Of a stretch of DNA of 64,000 bases, positions 1-8,586 are shown one piece after another. Source of the DNA: Candidatus Calidihabitans tengchongensis (lineage in GTDB: Bacteria > Sysuimicrobiota > Sysuimicrobiia > Sysuimicrobiales > Kaftiobacteriaceae); the NCBI GenBank assembly GCA_031459615.1, contig JAVKIE010000012.1, forward strand, positions 1,405 through 65,404, written 5' to 3'. Every line of letters starts with the position of its first letter. Within the stretch, counting starts at the first letter, position 1. Below the pieces are notes generated by a model that saw only the letters and a list, made by a program, of their open reading frames with translations, searched no databases and had not been told where the DNA came from. The position numbers were made by a program, and so were the translations under genes.

Positions 1-151
1 GGGCGCTGCGGTCGGGGCCGCCCAGCACGTGCACCGTCTGGATGGCGCCGGCCTCGTCGGTCTCCACCCGCACCGCCTGCACGCCCCGCAGCCGCCGGAT
101 GACGTCCTCGGCGGCGCGGCCCAGGTCCTGTCTCTCCTCCGACTCGGCCAC
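1..151 (-). CDS. hypothetical protein, N-terminal part only (gene runs off the left edge)
   Basis: GTG at 149-151 lies 5 nt after AGGAGGG (157-163, minus strand). It reads MAESEERQDLGRAAEDVIRRLRGVQAVRVETDEAGAIQTVHVLGG and stays open to position 1. Co-directional with hpf. No family recognised. Confidence 0.4.
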   Translation of the reverse strand, partial: MAESEERQDLGRAAEDVIRRLRGVQAVRVETDEAGAIQTVHVLGGPDRSA

Positions 152-173
152 GTCTGCCCTCCTGTCCGGGACG

Positions 174-731
174 CTATCCTTCGGGCTCGATCACCCCGTA
201 CCCGCCCTCCCGGCGGCGGTAGACCACGTTCACCTCCCCGGTGGAGGCGTTGCGGAACACGAAGAAGTCGTGGCCCAGCAGTTCCATCTGCAGCGCCGCG
301 TCCTCGGGGGTCATGGGCTTCATGGCAAACCGCTTCACCCGGACGATCTGGGGGGCCGCCGGGACCCGGCGCAGCCCGGTCTCGGCGGCCGCCCGCTGCC
401 GCCCCCGCCGCCGGGACTCGTCCAGGCGGCGCTTGAGGATCAGGCGGCTGCGGTACCGCTCGATCTGCCGGCGCAGCTTGTCCACCACCTGGTCCAGGGA
501 CGCGTACATGTCCGCGGACGCCTCTTCCCCCCGCAGCAGGAGGCCGTCGCCCCGGATGGTCACCTCCGCCACCTGGGCGCGCCCCAGACCTCTCCGGCGC
601 TCCACGCTGAGGACCACCTGCGCCTCCGCGACGTGGTCCAGGTAGCGGGCGATCCGGCCCACCTTCTCCTCGGCGTAGTCGCGCAGCGCCGGGGTCACCT
701 GCAGGTGCTTGCCCGTGACGATGATGTGCAT
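174..731 (-). CDS. hpf: ribosome hibernation promoting factor, long form (HPF/RaiA family)
   Basis: N-terminus MHIIVTGKHLQVTPALRDYAEEKVGRIARYL and C-terminal dimerisation domain VRVKRFAMKPMTPEDAALQMELLGHDFFVFRN. The ATG at 729-731 lies inside the 283-aa track ORF. An alternative in-frame GTG at 755 sits 8 nt after GGAGGAG. Confidence 0.9.
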   Translation of the reverse strand: MHIIVTGKHLQVTPALRDYAEEKVGRIARYLDHVAEAQVVLSVERRRGLGRAQVAEVTIRGDGLLLRGEEASADMYASLDQVVDKLRRQIERYRSRLILKRRLDESRRRGRQRAAAETGLRRVPAAPQIVRVKRFAMKPMTPEDAALQMELLGHDFFVFRNASTGEVNVVYRRREGGYGVIEPEG

Positions 732-792
732 GGGGCGCTCGCTGTCTCGCTTCACGGCGGCCTCTCCTCCGTCCTGCCCGCAGTACACGAAC

Positions 793-826
793 GCCCCGGC
801 GGGGACCGTCCGTCCCGGGCCGGGGC
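793..826 (-). terminator. GC-rich imperfect stem-loop downstream of csp (possible terminator)
   Basis: Arms gccccggcggggac / gtcccgggccggggc with a short loop. On the minus strand it is followed only by a weak U-rich GUUCGUGU. Confidence 0.35.
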
Positions 827-838
827 GCGGGGGCGGGG

Positions 839-1048
839 TTACTCCTTCACCTTGACCACGTTGGCGGCCTGGGGTCCTTTGGCCCCTTCGACGATGTCGA
901 ACTCGACCAGCTGGCCTTCCTCCAGGGTCTTGAAACCCTCCATCTGGATGGCGGAGTAGTGGACAAACACGTCCCGCCCGTCCTCCCGGGCAATGAACCC
1001 GTACCCCTTTTCGGGGTTGAACCACTTCACCCGTCCACGGTACGGCAT
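839..1048 (-). CDS. cold-shock protein (CspA family)
   Basis: 69 aa. [34 protein letters not shown] carries the RNP1/RNP2 motifs. AGGAGG lies about 8 nt upstream. A long (about 180 nt) 5' spacer is typical of csp genes. Confidence 0.95.
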   Translation of the reverse strand: MPYRGRVKWFNPEKGYGFIAREDGRDVFVHYSAIQMEGFKTLEEGQLVEFDIVEGAKGPQAANVVKVKE

Positions 1049-1140
1049 TGTCCTGCCTCCTGCTCCCTGAGAATCGTCCTGCCCTGCCCGGTCGTCTGTC
1101 TGTCGCTCTCGCCTCCCGCTGTCATGTGTGACTGCACTCC

Positions 1141-1229
1141 CGGTGATCCTGTTCTCCCCGGCGCGATCACCTCCCTGCAGGGATCCGGGATCCGTGATCG
1201 GGGGATCCGGATCCCTGATCCCCGATCCC
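1141..1229. repeat. GATC-dense short tandem/inverted repeat (GGATCC / GGGATC units) in the csp upstream spacer
   Basis: About nine GATC tetramers in about 90 nt, seven of them within 1181-1229: ggatccgggatccgtgatcgggggatccggatccctgatccccgatccc. The arms are partly self-complementary. Confidence 0.7.
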
Positions 1230-1231
1230 GT

Positions 1232-2302
1232 TCAAGGTGCCCACCCCCGCGGCACGAACAAAGTCTCCGCCAGGCGGATGGCGTAGCGGTCGGTCATCCC
1301 GGCCAGGAAATCCCCCACCACCCGCCCGACCGGCTCGCCGGCGGAGATCAGGTCCTGGTACTCCGCCGGCAGCTCGCGGGGGTGGTCCCGGTAGTACCCG
1401 TACAGCGCGGTGACCAGCCGGCGGGCCTTGACCACCTCGGCCATGGTGGCCGGGCCGCGGTACACCCGCTCCACCAGGAAGTCCTTCAGCAGATTCAAAG
1501 CTTCCCGGACCGGATCGCTGAGGCGGATGACCGGCGCGCCGGCGCTGGCCGCCACCAGGTCTGAGACCATGCGGCCCAGCCACTGGCCGCGGTGGTCTCC
1601 CAGGACCCGCCGCACCGCGGCGGGGACGTCGGACTCGGCGATCAGCCCCGCCCGGATGGCGTCGTCGGTGTCGTGGTGGACGTAGGCGATCCGGTCGGCC
1701 AGGCGGACCACCTGGCCCTCCAGGGTCTGGGGCAGGCCCTCGGCGTCTGCGGGCCCGGCGGCCGGCAGGTCGGCCAGCCCCTTGGAGTGGCCGCCGATCC
1801 CGTCCCGCACCTCCCAGGTGAGGTTGAGGCCCCGCACCGCGGACCCGTCGGACCGCACGCGCACCTCCAGCAGGTCCACCACCCGCAGGCTCTGGAGGTC
1901 GTGCCGGAACCCGCCCACCGGGGCCATCACCTCGTTGAGGGCCTCCTCCCCGGCGTGGCCGAAAGGCGGGTGGCCGAGGTCGTGGGCCAGGGCGATGGCC
2001 TCGGTCAGGTCCTCGTTCAGGCGCAGCGCCCTCGCCGCGGTGCGCGCCACCTGCATCACTTCCAGGGTGTGGGTGAGGCGGGTGCGGTAGTGGTCGCCCT
2101 CGGGGGCCAGGAACACCTGGGTCTTGTGCTTGAGGCGGCGGAACGCCTTGCTGTGGATGAGGCGGTCCCGGTCCCGCTGGAAGCAGGTGCGCAGGTCGTC
2201 CTCGGGCTCGGGGGCCGCCCGCCCGCGGGAGCGGGAGGCCAGCGCCGCCCCCGGCGCCAGCCACTCCCGCTCCCGCGCCTCGATGGCCTCCCGGACGGTC
2301 AT
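1232..2302 (-). CDS. dGTP triphosphohydrolase-like HD-domain protein
   Basis: Motifs HSKAFRRLKHKTQVF, YRTRLTHTLEV and HDLGHPPFGHAGE are typical of the Dgt-like family. 356 aa with an ATG start. Confidence 0.85.
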   Translation of the reverse strand: MTVREAIEAREREWLAPGAALASRSRGRAAPEPEDDLRTCFQRDRDRLIHSKAFRRLKHKTQVFLAPEGDHYRTRLTHTLEVMQVARTAARALRLNEDLTEAIALAHDLGHPPFGHAGEEALNEVMAPVGGFRHDLQSLRVVDLLEVRVRSDGSAVRGLNLTWEVRDGIGGHSKGLADLPAAGPADAEGLPQTLEGQVVRLADRIAYVHHDTDDAIRAGLIAESDVPAAVRRVLGDHRGQWLGRMVSDLVAASAGAPVIRLSDPVREALNLLKDFLVERVYRGPATMAEVVKARRLVTALYGYYRDHPRELPAEYQDLISAGEPVGRVVGDFLAGMTDRYAIRLAETLFVPRGWAP

Positions 2303-2318
2303 GCCCCGCGCGCCACTG

Positions 2319-5075
2319 CTACACGTCCCGGCTCACCGCCACCTTCTCCCGCAGAGCCGCGTGCGCCGCCGCCAGGCGCGCCACCGGCACGCGGTAGGGG
2401 GAGCAGGAGACGTAGTCCAGCCCGATCCGGTGGCAGAACTCCACCGACGAGGGCTCGCCGCCGTGCTCGCCGCAGATCCCCACCTCCAGGTCCGGACGCC
2501 GGCGGCGCCCCAGCTGGGTGGCCATCTCCATCAGCCGGCCCACGCCCTCCTGGTCCAGGACCGCGAAGGGGTCCTCGGACAGGATGCCCTTCTGGAGGTA
2601 GACGTGCAGGAACTTGGCCTGGGCGTCGTCCCGGCTGAACCCGAACACGGTCTGGGTGAGGTCGTTGGTCCCGAAGGAGAAGAACTCGGCCAGCTCGGCG
2701 ATCTGGTCGGCGACCAGGCAGGCGCGGGGGATCTCGATCATGGTCCCGAACATGTAGCGCACCGGCACCCCGGACTCCTCCACCATCTGCCGGGCGATGG
2801 CCTCCAGCTGCTGGCGGACCACCCGCAGCTCGTTGGGGTGGCCCACCAGGGGGATCATGATCTCGGGGATGACCTCCACGCCCTCCTCCCGCCGCAGCTC
2901 GATGGCCGCCTGGAGGATGGCCCGCACCTGCATCTCGTTGATCTCGGGGTACAGGATGCCCAGCCGGCACCCGCGCAGGCCCAGCATCGGGTTGAACTCG
3001 TGCAGGGCCCGCACCCGGTGCAGCAGGGCCTCCTTCTCCTTCAGCCGCTCGCCGTCGCCCCGCAGCCGCAGCTCGGTGACCTCCACCAGCAGGTCTTCCA
3101 GGCGCGGCAGGAACTCGTGCAGGGGCGGGTCCAGCAGGCGGATGATCACCGGGCGGTTGCGCATCTCGCGGAAGATGCCCTTGAAGTCCTCCTTCTGGAA
3201 GACCAGCAGCTGGTCCAGGGCGGCCCGGCGTTCCTCCTCGGTGGCCGCCATGATCATGCGCTGCATGATGGGCAGGCGGTCTTCCTCCATGAACATGTGC
3301 TCGGTGCGGCACAGCCCGATGCCCTCGGCGCCGAACTCCACGGCCGTGCGGGCGTCCCGGGGGTAGTCGGCGTTGGCCCGCACCCCCAGCCGGCGCACCT
3401 GGTCGGCCCAGGACAGCAGCTCCTGGATCTCGCCGGTCAGCTGGGGCTCGATGACGGGCACCTCGCCCAGGATCACCTCCCCCGTGCTGCCGTCGATGGT
3501 GATCACGTCGCCTTCCCGGACCACCACGTCGCCGCTGGTGAACAGCCGGGCGTGCTCGTCGATGCGCACGCCCTCGGCGCCCACCACCGCCGGCTTGCCC
3601 ATGCCCCGGGCCACGATGGCGGCGTGGCTGGTCATGCCGCCCCGGCTGGTCAGCACGCCCCGGGCGGCCACCAGCCCGTGGATGTCGTCGGGGCTGGTTT
3701 CGGGGCGCACCAGGATCACCGGCCGCTGGGCCGCCACCCGCACCGCCTCGTCGGCGTCGAAGACCACGGCGCCCGACGCCGCCCCGGGGCTGGCCGCCAG
3801 CCCGCGCCCGATCACCCGGCGGGGCGCCTGGGGGTCCAGGCGCGGGTGCAGCAGCTGCTCCAGGGACGCGGGCTCCACCCGCAGCAGCGCCTCCTCCCGG
3901 GAGATCAGGCCCTCGTGGACCATGTCCACGGCGATCTTCACCGCCGCCTGGGCGGTGCGCTTGCCGCTGCGGGTCTGCAGCAGGTACAGCCGGCCGTTTT
4001 CGATGGTGAACTCCACGTCCTGCACGTCCCGGTAGTGCCGCTCCAGCAGCTCGCACACCTGGAGGAACTGCCGGTGGACGTCGGGCATCTCGCGGGCCAG
4101 GTTCTCGATGGGCTGGGGGGTGCGCAGGCCCGCCACCACGTCCTCGCCCTGGGCGTTGAGCAGGTACTCGCCGTAGACCTTCTTCTCGCCGGTGGCGGGG
4201 TTGCGGGTGAAGGCCACGCCGGTGCCCGAGGTGGGCCCCAGGTTGCCGAACACCATCACCTGGACGTTCACCGCGGTGCCCAGGTCGTGGGGGATGCGGT
4301 GCACGGTCCGGTAGGTCACCGCCCGGGGGTTGTTCCACGACTCGAAGACCGCCCGGATGGCCATTTCCAGCTGCTCCCAGGGGTCGTCGGGGAAGTCCCG
4401 CCCGGTCTGCTCGCGCACGATGCGCCGGTAGTCCTCCAGCAGGGCGGCCAGGTCGTCGGCGGTCAGGTCCACGTCCTGGGTCACGCCCCGGGCCTGCTTG
4501 CGGGCCTGGAGGGCCTGCTCGAACAGCTCGTGCTTGATGCCCAGGACCACGTTGCCGAACATCTGCATGAAGCGCCGGTAGGAGTCGTAGGCGAACCGCG
4601 GGTTGCCCGTGGCCCGGGCCAGCCCCTCGCAGGTCCGGGGGTTGAGGCCCAGGTTGAGGACGGTGTCCATCATCCCGGGCATGCTGAACTTGGCGCCCGA
4701 GCGCACCGAGACCAGCAGCGGCGCCGACGGATCGCCGAACCGCCTGCCCGTGCGCTCCTCCAGGACGCGCATCTTCTGGCGCACCTCGTCCATCAGCCCG
4801 GGCGGGAACTGGCGGTCGCGCCGGTAGTACTCCAGGCAGGCCTCGGTGGTGATGGTGAAGCCGGGCGGCACGGGCAGCCCGATGCGGCTCATCTCCGCCA
4901 GGCCGGCCCCCTTGCCGCCCAGCAGGTCCCGCATGGTGGCGTCCCCTTCCTCGAACAGGAGGGTCCACCGGCCGCTGAACTTCCGCCGGCGCACCGGCGG
5001 CCGGACCGCCGCGCGGGTCCGGGCGGCGGTGCGGGCCGCGCTGGATCCAGAACGACGACGACGTACCTCCGCCAT
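2319..5075 (-). CDS. ppdK: pyruvate, phosphate dikinase
   Basis: LFEEGDATMRDLLGGKGAGLAEM (N-terminal ATP-grasp), GGMTSHAAIVARGMGKP (phospho-His site), FFSFGTNDLTQ and CGEHGGEP (PEP-utilising domain). The ATG at 5075 has GGAGAGGTGA 5 nt upstream. This gives an Arg-rich extension of about 35 aa before the canonical N-terminus. Confidence 0.93.
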   Translation of the reverse strand: MAEVRRRRSGSSAARTAARTRAAVRPPVRRRKFSGRWTLLFEEGDATMRDLLGGKGAGLAEMSRIGLPVPPGFTITTEACLEYYRRDRQFPPGLMDEVRQKMRVLEERTGRRFGDPSAPLLVSVRSGAKFSMPGMMDTVLNLGLNPRTCEGLARATGNPRFAYDSYRRFMQMFGNVVLGIKHELFEQALQARKQARGVTQDVDLTADDLAALLEDYRRIVREQTGRDFPDDPWEQLEMAIRAVFESWNNPRAVTYRTVHRIPHDLGTAVNVQVMVFGNLGPTSGTGVAFTRNPATGEKKVYGEYLLNAQGEDVVAGLRTPQPIENLAREMPDVHRQFLQVCELLERHYRDVQDVEFTIENGRLYLLQTRSGKRTAQAAVKIAVDMVHEGLISREEALLRVEPASLEQLLHPRLDPQAPRRVIGRGLAASPGAASGAVVFDADEAVRVAAQRPVILVRPETSPDDIHGLVAARGVLTSRGGMTSHAAIVARGMGKPAVVGAEGVRIDEHARLFTSGDVVVREGDVITIDGSTGEVILGEVPVIEPQLTGEIQELLSWADQVRRLGVRANADYPRDARTAVEFGAEGIGLCRTEHMFMEEDRLPIMQRMIMAATEEERRAALDQLLVFQKEDFKGIFREMRNRPVIIRLLDPPLHEFLPRLEDLLVEVTELRLRGDGERLKEKEALLHRVRALHEFNPMLGLRGCRLGILYPEINEMQVRAILQAAIELRREEGVEVIPEIMIPLVGHPNELRVVRQQLEAIARQMVEESGVPVRYMFGTMIEIPRACLVADQIAELAEFFSFGTNDLTQTVFGFSRDDAQAKFLHVYLQKGILSEDPFAVLDQEGVGRLMEMATQLGRRRRPDLEVGICGEHGGEPSSVEFCHRIGLDYVSCSPYRVPVARLAAAHAALREKVAVSRDV

Positions 5076-5078
5076 GGT

Positions 5079-7241
5079 TCACCTCTCCGTGGAGAGTCTC
5101 GCTGCGTGTCTCCGGGTGTCGCGCCGCGATGCGGCCTCCGCCGCCCGGGATGGCGGGCCCGCCGCGACGGCGGCCGGAGCCTCCGGAACCGCACTGATCC
5201 GGGAGAAGTCCCCCACCGTCCGGAACAGGTCCACCACCGCCCGCAGCAGCGCGAGCCGGTTGGCGCGCACCCGGGCATCCGGAGCCATCACCAGCACCTC
5301 GTCGAAGACGCGGTCCACCAGCGCCGGCACGCCGGCCAGCGCCTCCACCGCCTGCAGGTAGTCGCCGGATTCGGCGGCCTGCCGCAGCCGGGGGCGGAGC
5401 TGCTCCACCTCCCGGTAGAGATCGGCTTCCGCCGCGCTCTCAAACAGGGCGGGATCCACCTGCGGGGCCGCCTCCGGAGTGAGGATGCGGGCGGCCCGCT
5501 CGGCGGCCGTCAGCAGTCGTCCCCACTCGGGCCGGCCGGAGGCCTCCTGCAGCGCCCGCGCCCGCTCGGCGGCGGCCAGCAGGTCGGCGCCGCTGACCGC
5601 CACGGCCGCGTCCACCAGGTCCGGCCGCAGCCCGCGCTCCACCAGCGAGGCGCGCAGGCGCTGGCGGAGGATCTCCAGGGCCTGCTCGGCGGCCTCGGGG
5701 ACGCCGAAGGGCTCCGCGGCCGCCCGGCACAGGTCGTCGAGGGGAATGCGCTCTCCCAGCATGAGGACGATCTCCACCACGCCCTGGGCCACCCGGCGCA
5801 GGCCGTAGGGGTCGGCCGAGCCGGTGGGAGCCAGCCCCGCGGCCAGCCCGCCCACCAGCGTGTCCACCCGGTCGGCCAGGCCCAGCAGTGCTCCCAGGCG
5901 CGTGCGCGGCGGGCTGTCGGAGGCTCCGGCGGGCCGGTAGTGCTCCCCGATGGCCCGGGCCACCTCCGCCGGCTCGCCGTCCAGTTCCGCGTAGATCTGT
6001 CCCACCACGCCCTGCAGCTCGGGAAACTCCCCCACCATCTTGGTGACCAGGTCGGCCTTGCACAGGGTGGCCGCCCGCAGCAGGGCCTCGGTGGTGTGGC
6101 CGTCCAGCAGCATCCGCGCCGCCAGGTGGCGGGCCAGGGCGGTGATCCGGCGGGTCTTGTCGGCCATCGTCCCCAGGCGCTCGTGCACCACCACCCCCTC
6201 CAGCCGGCGGGCGTGCTCCTCCAGCCGGTGGCGGCGGTCGTCCTCGAAGAAGAAGCGGGCGTCGGCCAGGCGGGCGTGCAGGACCCACTCGTGGCCCCGG
6301 CGCACGGTGTCCAGGTGGACCCGGTCGCCGTCCCGCACCGCGATGAAGTACGGCAGCAGCCGCCCGCCCTCGGCCTCCACGGCGAAGTACTTCTGGTGGT
6401 GCTGCATCACCGTCACCAGCACCGGCCGCGGCAGGTCCAGGAACTGCTCGCTGTACGATCCCCGGAAGACCTGGGGGTGCTCCACGCTCATCACGACCTC
6501 GTCCAGCAGCGACGGATCCAGCACCGGCGCCCCGCCCACCGCCCGGGCCAGGGCCGCAGCCTGCGCGGTGATGACCCGGCGCCGGCGGGCCGGGTCGACC
6601 ATCACGCCCGCCGCCCGCAGGACCCGCACGTAGTCGGCCGGCGACGGAATCCGGCGGCGCCGCCCGCCGTCCAGGACCCGGTGGCCGACCGTCAGCGCCC
6701 CGGACTGTACCCCGGCCACCTGCAGCGGCAGGACCTGCCGCCCCCACAGGGCCACCACCCACCGGACGGGGCGGGCAAAGCGCGCCTCCCCGTCTCCCCA
6801 CCGCATGGTCTTGGAGAAGGACAGGCCCCGGACCACCTCCTCCAGGGCCGCGGGCAGGACCTCGGCGGCCGGCCGCCCGGGCTCGGCGAGGACCGCCACC
6901 GCGTACCGGCGGCCGTCGGACTCCCGCACCTGCAGCTGCTCCACCGGGACGCCCTGGCTGCGGGCGAATCCCCGGGCCGCCTCGGTGGGCTGGCCGCGGC
7001 TGTCGAAGGCCACGTGGGCCGCCGGCCCCCGCACCTCCCGCACGGCGGGCGCCTGGCGGGGCGCCACCTGGCGGACCACGGCCGCCAGCCGGCGCGGGGT
7101 CCCGTAGGTCCGCACGGGTCCCGCCTTCAGGCGCAGCGACCGCAGCGCCTGCGCGATGCCGGAGGCCAGCTGCTCCAGAGCCGGCGCGATCTCCCGCGGA
7201 GGGAGCTCCTCGGTCCCGATTTCCAGCAGCAGGTCGGGCAT
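5079..7241 (-). CDS. glyS: glycine--tRNA ligase beta subunit
   Basis: Starts [25 protein letters not shown], at M121 of the over-extended 840-aa track ORF; 720 aa. Its ATG shares one nt with the glyQ stop (TGATG). Confidence 0.93.
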   Translation of the reverse strand: MPDLLLEIGTEELPPREIAPALEQLASGIAQALRSLRLKAGPVRTYGTPRRLAAVVRQVAPRQAPAVREVRGPAAHVAFDSRGQPTEAARGFARSQGVPVEQLQVRESDGRRYAVAVLAEPGRPAAEVLPAALEEVVRGLSFSKTMRWGDGEARFARPVRWVVALWGRQVLPLQVAGVQSGALTVGHRVLDGGRRRRIPSPADYVRVLRAAGVMVDPARRRRVITAQAAALARAVGGAPVLDPSLLDEVVMSVEHPQVFRGSYSEQFLDLPRPVLVTVMQHHQKYFAVEAEGGRLLPYFIAVRDGDRVHLDTVRRGHEWVLHARLADARFFFEDDRRHRLEEHARRLEGVVVHERLGTMADKTRRITALARHLAARMLLDGHTTEALLRAATLCKADLVTKMVGEFPELQGVVGQIYAELDGEPAEVARAIGEHYRPAGASDSPPRTRLGALLGLADRVDTLVGGLAAGLAPTGSADPYGLRRVAQGVVEIVLMLGERIPLDDLCRAAAEPFGVPEAAEQALEILRQRLRASLVERGLRPDLVDAAVAVSGADLLAAAERARALQEASGRPEWGRLLTAAERAARILTPEAAPQVDPALFESAAEADLYREVEQLRPRLRQAAESGDYLQAVEALAGVPALVDRVFDEVLVMAPDARVRANRLALLRAVVDLFRTVGDFSRISAVPEAPAAVAAGPPSRAAEAASRRDTRRHAARLSTER

Positions 7242-8134
7242 CAGCGGGTGCGGGCGGCCACAGGCGCCTCCCGCAGCAGGGGATAGCCCTGCTCGGCCCG
7301 CCGGGCCACGTAGCGCTCCGCGCACCGGCGGGCCAGGGCCCGGCACCGCGCCATCAGGGCCGTGCGCTCGGCCACCGTGATCGCCCCGCGGGCGTCCAGC
7401 AGGTTGAACAGGTGCGAGCACTTCAGCACGTGGTCGTACGCCGGCAGGACCAGGCCCAGATCCAGCAGCCGGCCGGCCTCCCGCTCGCTGCTGGCGAAGG
7501 CGTCCCGCAGCGCGGGCACGTCGGCGTGGTCGAAGGCGTACGCCGACTGCTCGGCCTCCTCCTGCCGGCGCACCTCCCCGTAGGTGATGCCGGGCGCCCA
7601 CTCGATGTCGTAGACGCTGGACCGCCCCTGGATGTACATGGTGATGCGCTCCAGGCCGTAGGTGATCTCGGCGGCCACGGGGCGCACCTCCAGGCCGCCC
7701 ATCTGCTGGAAGTAGGTGAACTGGGTGATCTCGTTGCCGTCCAGGAACACCTGCCAGCCCAGCCCCGCGGCCCCCAGGGTCGGCGACTCCCAGTCGTCCT
7801 CCAGGAACCGCACGTCGTGCTCCCGCAGGCGGATGCCCAGGGCCGCCAGGCTGGCCAGGTACAGGTCCTGGACGTCGTCGGGAGAGGGCTTGAGGATCAC
7901 CTGGTACTGGTAGTGCTTGAACAGCCGGTGGGGGTTCTCCCCGTAGCGCCCGTCGGCCGGGCGGCGGGACGGCTGCACGTAGGCCACCCGCCAGGGCTCG
8001 GGGCCCAGCGAGCGGAGGAACGTGGCCGGGTGCATCGTCCCTGCCCCCACCTCCAGGTCGTAGGGCTGCTCGATGAGACAGCCCCGGGCCGCCCAGTACC
8101 GCTCCAGGGCCATGATCACGTCCTGAAAGGTCAT
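7241..8134 (-). CDS. glyQ: glycine--tRNA ligase alpha subunit
   Basis: 297 aa. [41 protein letters not shown] is the highly conserved GlyQ N-terminus. Confidence 0.96.
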   Translation of the reverse strand: MTFQDVIMALERYWAARGCLIEQPYDLEVGAGTMHPATFLRSLGPEPWRVAYVQPSRRPADGRYGENPHRLFKHYQYQVILKPSPDDVQDLYLASLAALGIRLREHDVRFLEDDWESPTLGAAGLGWQVFLDGNEITQFTYFQQMGGLEVRPVAAEITYGLERITMYIQGRSSVYDIEWAPGITYGEVRRQEEAEQSAYAFDHADVPALRDAFASSEREAGRLLDLGLVLPAYDHVLKCSHLFNLLDARGAITVAERTALMARCRALARRCAERYVARRAEQGYPLLREAPVAARTR

Positions 8135-8152
8135 CGGATCACCCGGGTGGGT

Positions 8153-8245
8153 GAAACGTTGGAACGTTCAAACGTTGGAACGTTGAAACGTTGGATCGTT
8201 GGAACATCGTGGCTGACGTTTCAACGCTTCAACGGTTCAACGGTC
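8153..8245. repeat. 8-bp periodic AACGTT array with an inverted arm, between the small ORF and glyQ
   Basis: Perfect AACGTT at 8155, 8163, 8171, 8179 and 8187 (exact 8-bp spacing), then ATCGTT at 8195. An inverted arm GACGTT-TCAACGCT-TCAACGGT-TCAACGGT lies at 8215-8245. Locally much lower GC than the flanks. Confidence 0.85.
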
Positions 8246-8260
8246 TTTTCTCTCCGCTCC

Positions 8261-8521
8261 CTACCCGATCCCCAGGGGTTCTTCGGACCGCTCCCGCTCC
8301 CGCCGCCGCACCGACGGCATCGGGACGCTGCTGAGGACGGCGGCCACCGCGAACGCCACCGCCCCGGCCACCGCCCACGACACCGGCAGCTCGATCACCC
8401 GGTCCTCGGTCTTGAGCCGCACCACGCCGTCGGGACCGGGCCGGACGACCCCCCGCGCCTCCTCCAGCGCCGTGCCCAGCTGCAACAACGCCCGTCGCGC
8501 CCGCTCCAGGTCCAGCTCCAC
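8261..8521 (-). CDS. small hypothetical protein with one predicted TM helix
   Basis: 86 aa. GTG start follows GGAGGTGA. Hydrophobic stretch WAVAGAVAFAVAAVLSSV. It occupies the recO-glyQ slot where Bacillus carries a small yqzL-type gene. No family recognised. Confidence 0.5.
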   Translation of the reverse strand: MELDLERARRALLQLGTALEEARGVVRPGPDGVVRLKTEDRVIELPVSWAVAGAVAFAVAAVLSSVPMPSVRRRERERSEEPLGIG

Positions 8522-8542
8522 CGCCTGTCACCTCCACCCGCC

Positions 8543-8551
8543 ACTATAGCA
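8543..8551 (-). promoter_or_regulatory. extended -10 promoter element (TGcTATAGT) upstream of the small ORF/glyQS
   Basis: The minus strand reads GGTGTGCTATAGTGGCGGGTGGAGGTGACAGGC-GTG. No good -35 is present. Confidence 0.4.
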
Positions 8552-8586
8552 CACCGCCGGACGACGTCTGTCGGATCGCCACCCGA

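Noticed and set aside
2124-7286. 1720-aa plus-strand ORF spanning the ppdK and glyS region
   Set aside because: It is antisense to two unambiguous conserved genes. The translation is a low-complexity Gly/Pro/Arg/His/Leu-rich string with no motifs. This is the typical long stop-free antisense frame of DNA with about 70% GC.
8153-8245. Possible CRISPR array or minisatellite
   Set aside because: The units are only 8 bp and are contiguous, with no unique spacers. There is no leader or cas gene. It is reported as a phased short-repeat/hairpin element instead.
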